DNA of 64,000 bases from Rotaria socialis (Eukaryota), in assembly GCA_905331295.1 (NCBI GenBank), contig CAJNYD010000224.1:1-64000 (forward strand). Direction: 5' to 3'. Position 1 is the stretch's first letter. Each line of letters begins with the position of its first letter. Both the position numbers and the translations under genes were made by a program. This document shows, in pieces, positions 13,909-29,200 of the stretch. The notes beneath the pieces were generated by a model, which saw nothing but the letters and a program-made list of their open reading frames with translations, was not told where the DNA came from and did not search any database.

Positions 13909-16900
13909 TTAGAAAAATCCAAGTGGCTTTTTAATATTGGTTTGTTTCCAATACGGTAAAGCATAAAAGTCATCTTTAGTCATACGAAATTCCTTCTATA
14001 ATAGGAATAAAAAAAGAGAAATTTTTTTCTTCTTCTAAAATTGATACAAGAAAAGAAAAACAGTCATACTTGAAAATCTTCATTGGAAAGATACGATTCA
14101 ATTTTTGATGGATCAACACCTAATATTAATTTTTTTTCATTACAAATGAAAGGTATTAAAAACTGCAAACCTTCTGGCAATGGGCGACTTTGAAGTTCTT
14201 CAATACTATATCGCTCGCGACATAGCTGATTGAGTACATCAATAACTGAATCTCTTTGATTTAACTTTCTACCTTCCTAAAAGTCAAATGGATCATACAA
14301 TCAAATATAAAATAACAATAACAACAGATGAAGCATAATCAATCGAGCTAAGTGTAAACATTCCTCTTATTTAGATACAGACAAAATATTCTTTCATTTA
14401 TTTATTCTATCTGAATGAACCATTTGCAGATATTCAAACTCGCTCTCTTTTGATATATGAATAGATATTATGCATGAATATAAATGAGAGAAATGTTACA
14501 TTTAGAAGCAGTACTCTGGTTTACTATTCACTGCTGAGTCTTTTTTTCACTAACCAATTGATTTTGTTGTCGAGCTTTAACATTTACAGTCCATTTAGGG
14601 AATAGATTAATAAATTCAATTGGCTCTAAACCAGCATAAACAATCAAACATGGTATGTCAACATTGGATGAACCAGTTTTGGCTACAAATAAAAAAGAAA
14701 ATTTCTAGTAAAATCAAAATAGATAGCGTTTTATTAATTTACTTTTGTAATAATCAACAGCTGTACGCAGAGCACAACGACGTTCAGTTGTAAAACGAAT
14801 ATCTCTTGGGCCATGTGCCAATAAATTTGCATTGAAAAGTTGTAAGCCAAGTTCATCATCAGATTGATCAACCCATCCTTGCCAAATATATAATTCAGTG
14901 CCAGCATCAATCAAACAGAGAGCTGGCTGATGAAGTTCGTATAGATCAGCTTGTGTAAATGGAAATGGCGAGATATGATCAGGAGAACGAAGAGGATAAA
15001 GAAGTTCTTGAGCAACAAATGGACCATGAAGACTTGATAAATGAAATATACGCATAGTTGATGAAAGTCTTGGAATAGGTCGAACTAGAAAAGAATCATA
15101 ATTAAAAATATTGAAAAAATACAATAATAGTCAAACTTTTTAACGCAAAGAAGAACATCATGAAGTCTAACCTCAATTTGGATGAACCCTGCGGTATTTC
15201 ATTGATCTTACCTTTTAATAATGAATGATATTTTCGTTCATGATTTGGTTCGTTAATGCCATCCCAAAATAATTCGATTTCATCGCCTTCTTGCATTTCA
15301 AAGAACTCAATATCTTCATATTCGCCGTCGAAATGAAATTCTTCGGGACATCTAAATAAATCATGATGCATTTAAATCAAAACAAAACATCTCTCAAAAC
15401 TAACCTTTCACGCAATTTCATTGCTGATTTACTAGCTAACATTTGTTGTTCATCAGTTGTTGCAGAACCATGCCAAAGTAACATCAAATTTTCATGATTA
15501 TTAATTAATAAAAACGATGTTCTACTACGGAAATTAGCACTATTTACATTTAACTCCCACCAATGTGTTTCAGTATCAATTTCACCAAGAAAAATGTATA
15601 GACGCCAATATGAATTTTTCTGTATCATTTGATTACGTTTACCCAAATGAATAGTTAATGCACCATCAAATAATTGTAAAAATGCGGCTTCTTCATGTTC
15701 TTGAATAACATGAATCTAAATGATATTCAATAGGTTAAATAAATCGAAAATAAACTGAACAAATAGCTTACATGAGGTCCTTTGTCTTCGTTGAAAAGTA
15801 TTGTCATCAACGCTGAAAGACCTTTTTCATTTGGACTAGCATTAATACCTTGCCATATCCAAAAAGCAACTCGATCACGACCTATATCTGGCTTTCGTTC
15901 TAATGCTGAACCATTTCCAATTTGAATTAGTTTGTATTTCCATCGAACAATATAAACATCTTCAGAATAAAATTGTCCATAACTTGATTGAGATAATTCA
16001 TGTCGTTCATTATCGCTAACATGCCAAACATTCAGATCCATGGTTTGAATCTGATGGCCGCGCATTTCAATCGGATCGTACCTTGAAAAAAAGCAAAGTT
16101 TAGAATAATGCTATAAGAATAAAGCTTAAAATGAATGCTAACCAATATTGTCCTCGACCTAAATTAACTTGTTCAAGGATTATATTCACTGGACTTTCTT
16201 GTGTAGAAAGCATATTATATACATCAGCTGGTTTAAGTGTTTCAACAATTGATGGTGGCTAAAATTTATTAGATAGATGCATTTAGTAAAATATCAAAAA
16301 CTAATATTATTAAGCATTCCAGTAAATATAAATACATACTCGTTGTGTAGACAATAGTTTATTGACGTTAGTTACTGTGTCATTGATTGATTTGATTTCT
16401 TGAAAGTCACTTGGCCAATCATGAAATTTTCCTTTAAATAATAGAGTTTCAACATTTTGATTTTGTTTTCCAAATAAACACCATGTTGGTCGTTTGATAC
16501 CTGATTGACTAGTTTGGTCATTTTTATCTAATTATGAAAAAAAAAATATGAACGCTAGATTTGATTTCAATGAAACAAGTGGCTAACATCAATAGTGTAT
16601 TCTGTTATGTTAAGTTATAGTATTATAAGTGAGGAGATATCTAATCGATGTTAAAAAAAATTTAATTTTTAGACATGAAAGTTCTTTTGCAAATTGTAGA
16701 AGAATGAACGAAAAAATCTTTGAAACAAAATAATTTTCGAACTAAATTGTGATGAAAACTTTGTTTTTTCAAATAATAAAATTTTCCAATCACTACAACA
16801 AATGATTGTCAACATAACTCGAAAGATTCTGTCTCCTCAGAAAAATGTTACATTCCGGAGGTTGTTCATATTTGTTTTTGTTGAATTGCCTATAATTTCG

Positions 16901-19900
16901 CTCTCTTATGATTATTTACCATCTATAGGATCAAATGGATTAATAATACATTCACTGTAATCATATGAATCGTTCCAAAGTTGTTGTGCTAATTGTAAGC
17001 CCATATTTCGCTTCGTTTTATCGGCAAGTTTACCATTCCAAACATACAATTCCGAACCAAAATCAAAAACAAACACATCGTTTGAATCAAGCATTTTAAT
17101 TGATAATGCACGAAAACATAGATCATGTAATGGTATAAGTGATTCATTTTCAACACGATAAACACGATTCAATTCTGTTACATTCGTTTCATAGAAATCA
17201 TCATCGGTTACATAATCTATTAGCTTATAATCGTCGATTTCACCTTGTAGAATATCACGAAATTCTGCATGACTATCATTTTCTGTATCATCTTTAGCTT
17301 GATCCAAAACAAAATATTTTACTTCGTTACGTAAACCAAAATCACGATGTTGCTTTAAATAATCAATTAGATCAACTGCTTTAGCTTTTTCAACTACATT
17401 TGCATAACGACCAAACCATGCAAAAACTTTTAGCGGTGTCACTAATAAATAACAATCACCTTCATTAATCGATTCATATGCTGGATTAACAAGACGCAAG
17501 ACGCATTGACGACGTCCTTTTATTAAAATAAGCATTAATTCCTTGTATGGCTCAAAACCAGATTTTGTTATCGGTGGCTGATCTATTCGACGTAAATTTA
17601 TTTCAGCAAAATTTTCTCCTGCAGTTAAATTTGCTAAAGCTTCTTGAGCAACACCAGCAGTTTCAGCAACTAAACAAAATAATATAATTTACATAAAAAA
17701 CATGATTGGTATAGAAAATTGGCATACAGACAAATTTTTAGGTCTATAAAAACTATTAATGAGCGTTTGAAAATTTAAGGACGCAAACGTGACTAGTAGG
17801 AATAGCTTAGAACTGTCTATGCTTTTATTGATTCCTACAAATTATAAATGTCACCCCTTGTTTTTTTTCAAATAACATTGAAAATAGTCTTATATTTTAC
17901 AGTCGATGTTAATCGCAGCTATTATTTTTGCTTTTAAATTTATGATAAATACTCTTTAAATCAATTGGAAGATTTATAGAAAGTGCAATACGAATCAGAA
18001 AAAAAATTTCGTTTGTGACATGAATCGTTTTTCAAAGCGCTCCTTATTGAATTAGTAGAAAGTGAATCTTATTATTTGTCTTATACTTGTGATTATCGAA
18101 AATATGGCACAATTCCATGATTTCAAAATATTTTAAAGTGCATGTTGAACATATTAAATTTAAGTTTTTTACTCTATTGTTTTTGAAATATTAGTCTATG
18201 TAAACTGCATACTTTCAATTATACTAATCTTTTCTTTTTTTTTTGTTCTTTAAACAGTTTACGTTTGCGCCATTTTCAATCACAATCAATATTGACGAAG
18301 ATTACTCGATTTATAGCTGTTACCGAATTAAATTATTAAGAGAAATCACTATATACCAGTGGCACTTTCTTTTTCGCTGCTATTAATTCGAGTAAATACT
18401 CAGTTAATCTAACTCGTAGCGATACGACATGAACAGATGTTGCTGTTTTTTTTATAATGTATAATATATGCAATGATATTTTTGTTTTGTTTTTCATTTG
18501 TATTTTCTACTAGTTAACAATGTAAAGATCAAATAAACACGAAAAAGTCTTTCTCACGCAAGCTTGCATGAGATAATTAATGAATTAATTTCTGAGGGAA
18601 AAGAATGATTGTTTTTCCATACTTTGTGCTCGTTTTAATCGGCGTACTTCTTGCTCAGAAATATTAGTATGTATTTCTGTATATTCATTTTCTGTTGGTA
18701 TTGTTGCTTGAATTTGTCGCAGGGGATTTTTTGCTCCCTGCTGTTGACGACGTGGAGGCCGAGCACGAGCTCCTTGTGGTTGCAATCTAAGTAGATTACA
18801 AAATAAATGTAAAACAAAATGTATATTACCATCATAATTTTATTTTACCTAACAGTATTTTGAGCTATTCGATTAAGATCATCAGTATTCAATGGAACAG
18901 ATGGTTCATCATTTAAGTTTTTACTTGTATCTGCAAAGAAATCATCGAGATGATCATCTGGTCTTAATACACATATTGTATCGGATTTTAATACGGAAAT
19001 TATATTGTTGTTAGATTTCGATAATGCTAAAGAAATATTAATAGAAGACACGAAAAAGTTGATCTATCTCGTTTACTTGTACTACTGGTTTTATTCGCTT
19101 GTGAATTTATTTCATTAGTATCCTTTGTTGTAACAGTTGAATCTAAAGAACAATACAGAAACACATAAGAAGGAGTACAACTTTTCAAGGTGAACATGAG
19201 CTTTCTATTGAATTACTTGTTTGTTCAATAGGAACATTTTTTTCCATACATTGTCCCATAGGGTTTACACTATTCTATGTTGTTTATGAGTCTTTATGAT
19301 GATTATGATGATGATAATACATGTATTTTGTCATATCTTCAAAAAAAAATCTAATCCACCTCCGTCAACAAACAACAAAATACTTTATGTCATCTCTTAA
19401 CGTTAAAATAGGTTATATGTTACTATCGACAAAGAGACTAAGTCATCAAACAAGTTCGATAGGAAAAACGGAGAACGAGAGAGGGAGAGAGAGAGAGCAA
19501 CGCGTTTTCCTTCATCATTATTATGTAAGAGATGACGTCTTATACTCATATAAAACCAAAGCAAAGTAAGAAACAGCCAACGGCATTACTAAATAAGTAG
19601 CTATGCTTTAGTGACGCTATGTCAGGCATTGGTCAATGAGTTGACTGTGATGTATGAACGGCTATTATGGTTAGATAAGTGTGAAAATAGTAAATAGATT
19701 AAGGGGGAAAATGATGATGATGCAATATTAAAGTAAACGCTAATAACTTTATATATACCAGTTTTAAGACGAACAATATCGACTGTTTTGGCATGTTGTT
19801 TTTGATCTGTATTTGCCGTTTTTGTATTATATTTTAAGGTTGGAGTTTTACGTGTACTAGTTGAACTTTGTTTTTGTTCGTCTGTTAATGGTAATAGTTT

Positions 19901-22900
19901 GTCTAATGAATTTTCTAATGGTAATTTCGTACATTGGTTCGATGCCATTTCATTCAATGCTTTTAATTGTTCAAGTCTAATGAAAATATTTTTCAATCTT
20001 ATTTTTGAAGTATATTCGATATAGTTTCATTTTACATACCTTTTTCTCACCGGTATTATATTTTCTGATTCTTCCGGATTCGACATAATTGCTTCATCTA
20101 AATAATAATAATAAATAAAATTTTTTAGAACGGACCACATTTTATGGCGATTAAATGATGATAAAAGCGTACCGAATTCATATATATATCTAACATGCAG
20201 TTCATTTGTCTGTAGAATAGACGTATCTGTCATCGGTAGAGAATCGTCATACTCATAAAATTCATCATTCGCTATATATATGTAGAAGATAGAGAAGAAT
20301 TTGTTCATGCACATGATGAAAAATACATACCAGGATATTTTGACTCTAATTGTTGTGAACTTGACGATGGTGTTAAATTAGCTGCGGCTTGAACTTCTTC
20401 GGCAGTGATTGGCTAAAACAATATATATTTCGTTTTCTAAGCATAATTCAAATTAAACTTTGATGAAACTATCGAACATATAACACCATGTCAAGCAAAA
20501 GACTAGATAATTCTCATTCCTATTGTAAATTTGAAGCAATGTTGAAAACATTAATAATAATAAAAAAAAACAAGTTGAATGCGAACATATTGATAAGACA
20601 TAGCATACGGTTAGCTATATTCTAAAATATAGCCTATAGATAAATTCTCACAAAAGAAAAGTTTGATGAAAGATTTTAGATCGAAACAGATAATGAATTT
20701 ATATAATTAACAAAAAACAATTATACTCAAAATTACAACAAACCAGTCTATGAAACAGAGAGGTTTAGAAAGGATTGTAGTCATAGATATATAAATTCAA
20801 AAGAACTTTGATTTAATCTTAGACACATCCCAAAAGTAAAAGGATCAATTTTGAAGTATCAAAACATTGATCATTGAAACACTAGTACAGAATCTTTACA
20901 TAAACATCATACTTATTCAGAAAGTATTTCTAGCATTTCTCTTGTTTTGGAATCGTTAAACAAATATTTACTCTCAAGCAAAGAACAATCTAACAATTGG
21001 ATATAAATAGATTAAAACATAACTAAATAGTAATTCGAAAGACTTTCGAATTCGAATTAAGCGTACATCATCGATTGTAAAAACTATCAAGAGTGTAAAT
21101 GTTTCTTAAATATAATTTAAAAGAATCATAATAAGATTTAAATTAGATCTATTATGTAATAGAATACCTGAGTAAGTCGATTTCGATTCTTTTTCAATGA
21201 TGATGTTGGCGTTAGTCCAGCTGGTTTCTTTTTATTAAATAAAGTCATTTTTTCTTTGAATGATAGTTTAGAAATTTCATCGTCGAACGCTGCCTCATTG
21301 TCAGTTTTCTTATCTGATGAACTTTCATTATTATGATGCATAAGAAGAATATTGTCTGTTTGCGAACGTTGATTTTGATTAGCATATTTTTTTGTTACCG
21401 GCAATTCAAATGAAGAACTAAAATTTGAAAACAAAAGCAAACTTTCAATTGAATCAAAAATATCAGCTTTTATTTACTCGTCATATTTTAAAGGTTTTGC
21501 ACGTGGTAAAGTACCTCCAAATTGTGTATCCTTTAAAATTGTCTCAAACAAATTTCTTTTATCAGCAACACTCATATTTTCATCAATACTAAAATGTAAA
21601 GAAATAGATTCATTGTTTCGTTTTCGTACTACATACTCATTTGCATTTGTATCTTGTTCCACTTGTTCACTTTTCGATAATAATAAATTTAATCTTTCAA
21701 TAGACATTTTAACTCGTTCATCATTACTCATTTGAATATCCATTGGCAAGTCGACTGAATGTGTTTTATGAAGATTTGTAGAATTTCCATCTAATGACGA
21801 TGATATTGTATTATTTGATAATGTCATTAATTCATGATCACTTTTAGATGTCGGCATTGTACGATTATATTGTTGGTCATCAGATGTAGTAGGCTTTTGA
21901 ATTGAACGTTTATAATCTTCAACTTTATATCGGCTATTACGTTTTCGTATGATTTCAGAAAGACCACGTTGTTTCTCAACAGGCAAATGTACTGAACGAT
22001 TAGTAGTTGTTGATGTTGATGAATCATTATTTTCATTTAATTGATCTAGCATTTGTTCAATAGATGATCGAAGCGGTCGAATTAAGTTCATGGACTTCAA
22101 TGAATTTTCACGATGTAAATCATCTGGTGTTGGAAATAACGAAGGCTGATCAAATATTTGTAATGACAATTCTTCTGATGGACGTTGTTTATTTTGGAAA
22201 TCCATCGGACGAAGACGTTCGAATGGATTAATAATAATGGTACTTGATAATGGTCGAACTGTTCCGATAGGTGATGAAGCTTTAACTAGAAATAGTTTCG
22301 AAAAAGAAAATAAAACATAAAAAGTCGAATAGAGAACATACCAATAACTGATTCTGGTTCATCAATGAATAATTCATGATTGTGTACGAATTTTTCTTCT
22401 TCATTTGAATCGGTTGAAATAACTAAGTAGAAATATTTAGAAATTAATTCATTCCTATTTTTCTACGGTTGATTAACAGTAATTATACATGAGATCAATA
22501 TCTTACCTTCTTCATTCATCCATTGATCTTTATTTATATCAAGATCATTCATAACATCCTGACATGAATCATCAACTTGTGGTGATGAATAAACTTCGGT
22601 AACTTTTTCATCATTAAAATGATGTCGTTTTGAATACGGTGAATCAGAAGTTCGTGCATAAAATTGCGATTCAGCAAATGATATGCCTGATTGTTGTTGT
22701 GGTTGAACAATGTCGGCTCCTTCTCGTTGTTCATTTGTTGTTGTAGACTTTGGTTTTGTTGTAGAAGGAGTTGATTCCACCATTGAAAATGTTTGAGCGT
22801 TAGGAGTTTCATGCTTACGAACAGAATTAGTAATACCCATACTTGTACCATCATTACCAATAGTAGTTGTAGATATTGCTCGTACATTATGACGTTGATC

Positions 22901-23185
22901 TCTTACGGGCAATGAAGAATCTATAGAATATTAAACAAAATATTATCTTTTGTTCACAATAAAAACACGACATAATGCCAGTCGGTTAGTATAAATAAGA
23001 GGGAAAAAATAAGGAAGAATGATTTCTTTTTATACGTATAAAAGAAATAATATTTACAGATGTACAAAAGGAAGTTGTCTAATCGAATTGATTACTCGAT
23101 GCTATATTGTTTGTGTTTTCTACCGATAAAAAAACATGATTAGCAATGTTATTTATTCAAATATATAATGACACATGCTCGGGAA

Positions 23186-23224
<39 letters not shown>

Positions 23225-26200
23225 TATCTGTGCCATCAATAGATAAGAAAAACGCAGTTTTTATTTATTTATAGATTATTTTCAAACGAAATCTTTCTGT
23301 TTTTAGTCTTGTAAAAAAGAGTCTTGTAATGACAATGACCTTTTCAGATCATTGAAAGAGCAAAGACTTGGGTTGTATTGATCCAATCGGAAGTATTTTC
23401 TTCTGATTCATTCATCCAGATGCTCTCAAGCCAAGGTAGTCTTAAGGTTAATTCTAAAGCAAAGGGTTCCTATCAATCTTACATCGTTTTAATTTACGTT
23501 TTGGCTTTGACGGGCATCAAAATCAATTTCCTTTTTAGTTATTTGTTTTAGGCTTTATGACATGTTTATAGTTCCGACAAGAATGCATCAAGTTTTATGT
23601 TCTGATTGGAAGAATAAATATTACTCGAATGCTATTCTAAGACACACATATATATGCATATAACTATAAGTAGACGGATCTCCTGTTGAGATAACACTAA
23701 GAGATGGATGCCCCTTTTTTTGCAAAATATATGCGTAGGCAGTCACCATTATACATTATACTAGTGTATATTTGTATATAACTGTCCAATTTTATGATAA
23801 ATAAGAAGACTTACCAAGCAATTTTCCATCCGATCTTGCTATGTTTTTTGAACTTGCACAGAGCCTATAGAAATAAAATTACAAGATAGATTATTACTTA
23901 AAAAAAGATAAAAATAGGGTATAAAAAAATAAAAAACTTCAATCCATATAATGAATAGAAAACAAAAGTTATATGCATGAATACATACCACGCTCCCATG
24001 ATGTATGAACCGACAATTCGATTGCCAAGAGTAAGTTTTAGTCGATATGAGGAGTAAATATTAAAACGACGTTTTTTTTGTACTTTTACTCCGTTTTATC
24101 TATTCTACTAAATCAGACTAGATAGTAACATATACGTATCAGCATATGTTTTGTGCCCTATCATTCAACTGAATATATTCAGCGAACAAAGAAAAAACAA
24201 TTATCGTTGTAGAATTCGGATGTCATTGACGATAGAACTATAGATGTGTAACAAAAAAAAAGGAAGAAATACAGCAATATTATTATTGTTATTATTATAG
24301 AGAATATATGAACGTTCTATACTGGCAAGTCCTATTTTCTCCTTGATTATATAAACCTCATTGTATATAACGATAAGTTAGGAAAGATAAAGACGAAGAG
24401 GAAAGAAGAAATAGCAACTTATTTATGTTGAGTTCTTTTTGATAAACGTAATGCATCAATATCTCCATATTGCAGATGACGATAGTAGGTGGAGAAGCCA
24501 AGCGCATGCGTTATTCTTATACATACATAAAGAATCGTTTTTTTTCTCTCTTTTCCTCTTCCTGTCTCTCTATGTTTCTTTCCTTCTTTTTTTCTACTGT
24601 CGATGTATTTGTATTATTCTTTCTTTTTCAGTATTATACAATTGCTCAAAGTGTTTTGTCGTTAAGCTTTGTTGTTTTCTCTTCTCTATTCTACTGCACA
24701 CTTATGTCATAATTGTGAACAGTAAATACATGGTGCTGATGTGACGATTGAACAAAAGTGAAAAATAAACTGGCATTAATCATCATTTCTAGATAACGTC
24801 AAATTGAGTTTATCTACATTTAGCTCTAATATTCTTAGCTAAGTATATGTCTATCAATAATTAGCATTGAATAAGGTTTTGGGTTTTTTTTTTTTTGGTT
24901 ACTATTTCAAGTCCCAAAAGAGAAAATTTCGAAGACATTGTAGTCTTGCTAGAAAACGAATAACGATTATCTGTCTAATACAAACAAAAACCTATTCAAT
25001 TACACGGAAGTAACACACAAGGCTCTTTTTCTGTTTCAACCACATAAACGTCATTATAGATATGTATGAATGTAAAAAGCAATTAGTAAGACCAATAGGA
25101 TCATATTCATACAAGGTTCCTTGTAGTTCTCTGATGAGCAGATGTGTATTTATACTGATTGGTAATAGTAAAAGGATATTTATATCGCGCAGAAGGAAAA
25201 AAGAAACAAAGATCTATCACATCATTATGTAGAATACTTTCATTTTCCTATTATTGTTGTTGGCATCTTAAATATTACTGACATTGATTGATAATACAAA
25301 TATTACAATCATTGAACAATTTTTAGTTTTGTATTTTAAAGGTTATTATTTGGTTATTATTTGTTACATCATCAAATTAGATCGATTAGAAAAATAAAAA
25401 ACACCACAAAAGAAAACATTTTCATTCATGTATGACGAGACACTTAAACTCAATAATCTTTCTTAACTATAATGAAATTAAGACAGTTTTGAAAGATTGA
25501 CGTTCATAAGACTACACAATGATAACAGGCAAAAAGAAAAATCATATGCGTAAAAAAAATAAATGCATACTGTTATTTTTTTTTCTTTTTCTATCGTTAT
25601 GTAGAGCAAACAAATAAATACTGATCAGCATGATCTAATATGAGAAAACATACAAAGAAAGAGCAGTAAAACATTCTGTCATATAATGTGAAGATACATC
25701 ATGATGTCGTGATGGATTTTCATTCACCGTCCATTTGTCCTACAAGGGAGAAAGTACGCATCGGCTTTTTTTTGTTATTGTACCATGGTTGATGTGTGTG
25801 CTCACGTATCTAGTTGACAGCAAAAATATGCAGATGCTGCAATGGAATTCTTCAATCAAACGAAAACGAACACATCAATATGCGAATGCTATCGTGCTAC
25901 CGAGCAACATAGCAGGAGAAGGGTGAAGTGACAGTGAACGGTGAATGTTACCATAAATTTGTATTTGAATAAATAGCTATCATGCATGCGCTAGCTAACG
26001 ATATTTAGCTGAATTAAATAATAGAACATTTGTTGTGGGATAAGAAACAGGAATATAAATTCGAAAGTATTTTTACGCAGTAAAAGCATTAGCAGGAATT
26101 ATATGAAAATTGTCAATCGGTCTAATTTGATGATTGAACTATTGCTGTCAACTAGATATGTTCGTTGGGTAAAAGCGAAAGCAAATTATATCTTACTTTC

Positions 26201-29200
26201 GGGATTTTGGTATTCCACACACAGAATCATCACTGTCAAAATCAAATTCTGTTAGTTTGGACAACATTCTTCGATTATTATTATTATTATTATTATTCAT
26301 GATACTGTGATTTTTTGCATTGGCATTTGATTTTCGATTATTGAATGTCATTGAATCAAGAGATTTATATCGAAGTAGAGCAGCTCGATTAACACGTTCA
26401 ATATCTCCTATTGACGTTGAAGACGAAGATGATGATGAAGCTGATAAATTTTCTTTTTCGCCTAAATATTCACGACTTGTTGATTTTTGTTGACGATATA
26501 CATTATTTAATTCATTGCTAGGCATTGGAGACATAAATGATGATGACATTTGATATAAGTCAACACTTTTTGAACGTTTCATTTGTTTACGTTTTTGAAA
26601 ACGCCGACGAGATTGTTGTTGTCCACTATTAATGAATTCATCTTGTTGTTGCTGTTGTTGTTGGTCAACAATAGTTAAACGTTTTGGTTTTTCCAGTTGC
26701 TGTTGTAGTTGCTGCTGCTGGTGTTGATTATTGTTATTATTTTTTACTGTTGTTAGTGAAGGCCGATAGTAATATGAATTGGGTGAACTATAATCATTCT
26801 TATTGAGTGAAGGTGAAAAATTTTGCTGTAAAAAAAAAGAAAGAAATTAAGTTTATTATCATGTTTTCGTTTTGGTAGAAAAGAAATAATCAAATTTACT
26901 CATATCATCTGATAATTATCCTTACCATGCTAGAATAAAAATCTCCCTTTATCGATGATGGATATTGCTGTTGAAAAGTATTCGGTGCTGAAGTCAAGCC
27001 GATAGTGCGTTCGTTGTATGGTGGACTATTAGCGGTTGGTAATTGTTGCAATGAATCCTGTGAGAGTGGTTCGGCTGATAATATTGAAGGTTTTGTATAT
27101 AAAGAATTATTCGATAGAGGTTGAGAAGTAGACGTTGGATATATAGGATTAGGTGTTAGAAAATCTGAATGAAGTATATTTGGATGACGAATTATGCCAC
27201 CAAGAGAACCAATCGATGAGGATGTTGAGGAATTAGTTGGTGTATTTCCCATACTATCAAGATTCGTACGTGGTTTTGTTGGTACGACTGGTGTTGTCAT
27301 GTTTGTCGTTGATATTGAGGGTGATTGAAAAGTTGACGGTGTTGATTGAAATTGTGACCGAACTGTGTTTGTATTTATTGAATAAGGTTCAACTTTAGCT
27401 ACATTTCTTGGACGAACTACTGTCGAATCTTGATCATTCAAACGGCGAAACCGATAGGCATCGTATGAAAGTTCTGATGATGGCATTAAATCACTATTGT
27501 TTGGATGACTAACCGATTTGGGACTACAATGCAGATACATAAATAAACAAATGCTGATCAATCATATGTAATGCTGCGAACAGAAAATAGTAGAACAAGA
27601 AAGAGAAAAAGAAGCTTACATAATATGCATGCTCATAAACACTAATTACTCAGATCAACACTATCTTGAAGCGTAAGAAATGATAACAAGAAACTTGCTT
27701 TGAAGTATGAGTAATGACAAATTCGAAACAAGTACCAAAATCGTATAAAAAAAATTGTAGACTAGGAAAGCAATATATTTAGTTTCGACTTTATTCAATC
27801 AAGGAAAATATGATTAGGAGTATTTTTATTCTTGTTCTATTTTAAATGAGCGACAGACAAATGATAAAATGATGTCAACTATTTTTTTGACTTTCTTATT
27901 GATTAGATACTTAAAGGAACAAAACAAAAACAGAACTTTCGGCTGTCTTTAATTGCTATTCCTTAGGGGCTTACTTTGTATAAACGATCTAATAATTCTA
28001 CTTATATTTACTTTAAACACCACATCAGATTTTTTGTCCATCATAGACTTCTAATATTTCCTAATTTATCGTTTATATTCCGTGTAAGATGATAAAGCAC
28101 ATGCCTAGTAACTGGTGATACTGCTGAAAAATGCGAATCTTCTCTGACAAATGATGACTGATGTATTATAAGAAAGGAATTATAAAATACACCGGCCAGT
28201 CAAATTGTGGGCATTCGGAGTGTTAATGGATGGTGCATTTGTCTATGTCATTCACTATAATAATCCAAGGTCTTCATAGCAGTCGATCTAACTGTCAATC
28301 AAATAGGCATGTTTTTTCAGTACGCTGATCTTATCACTTTTATCGGTTGTTTATATTTATCGATGGATTTATTGATTATTACATAGCATACCTATCAATT
28401 GTTTTTTGACTATTAATCAACGATGTTGCACTAATGAACGGTATCGTTGTTGTAACATCTTGGGCAATAGTTGTTGGTTTATGGATTATTTGTTGTTGAG
28501 ATTCATTTGGATTGAATTGAGGAGATAATTTAACAGATGAAGACGATGATATATTAGTTTTATTATTAAGATTTAGATGTCGATTAAAATTTGAATCTAT
28601 TGAGTCTTTTCGATGTTGATTACTTATAGGTGTATTAGTTAAATTAAGTGATGATTTTGTAGCAAATAATTGTGTTAATTTTTGTACACATGAACCATGA
28701 TTAATAATCGGTGCTGAATTTTCATCGAATTCATCAATATCATCATCTTGATCGTTATTATTATTATGATTATTAATACCTGTTGAACTTTTACTTCGGC
28801 TAAGCGTTGGTTGATGAAATTCTTGTTCTTGTTGTACATTACTAACTACCGAAGATGGTGTAGGTGATTGAATAGGAAATTGTTCTTGTTGTAAACGTAA
28901 ATCCCATTCAGATTTACTCAATGCAGAACATGCACGTTTTGTTCCTATTGTAATTAATGATTGATAAGTAGATGTATTTTCATTTCCCGATGGATCATGT
29001 GCTTCAATATCAATAGTTAATGGTTCAATTTGATGAGGCTGAACAATAAATTCAGAACGTGATCTCGATGAGCTATATTTAAGTATAGGTCTTATTGGGT
29101 TATTTGCCAATGATGATGGAAGCGATTCTGGCTCATGCGTTTCTTGTATTGCTTGTTGACGTTGAAGGCGTGGTGTAGACGGTTGTTTTGCAGGTATTTC

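Noticed and set aside
11329..17700. DNase I (an actin binder in mammals) next to the gelsolin-family supervillin as a functional cluster
   Set aside because: Adjacency alone is no evidence in an animal genome, and the DNase is predicted to be secreted.
18300..18440. Another possible supervillin intronic exon
   Set aside because: The ATG frame hits TAA, and the open frame ends in phase 0 while the next exon needs phase 1.
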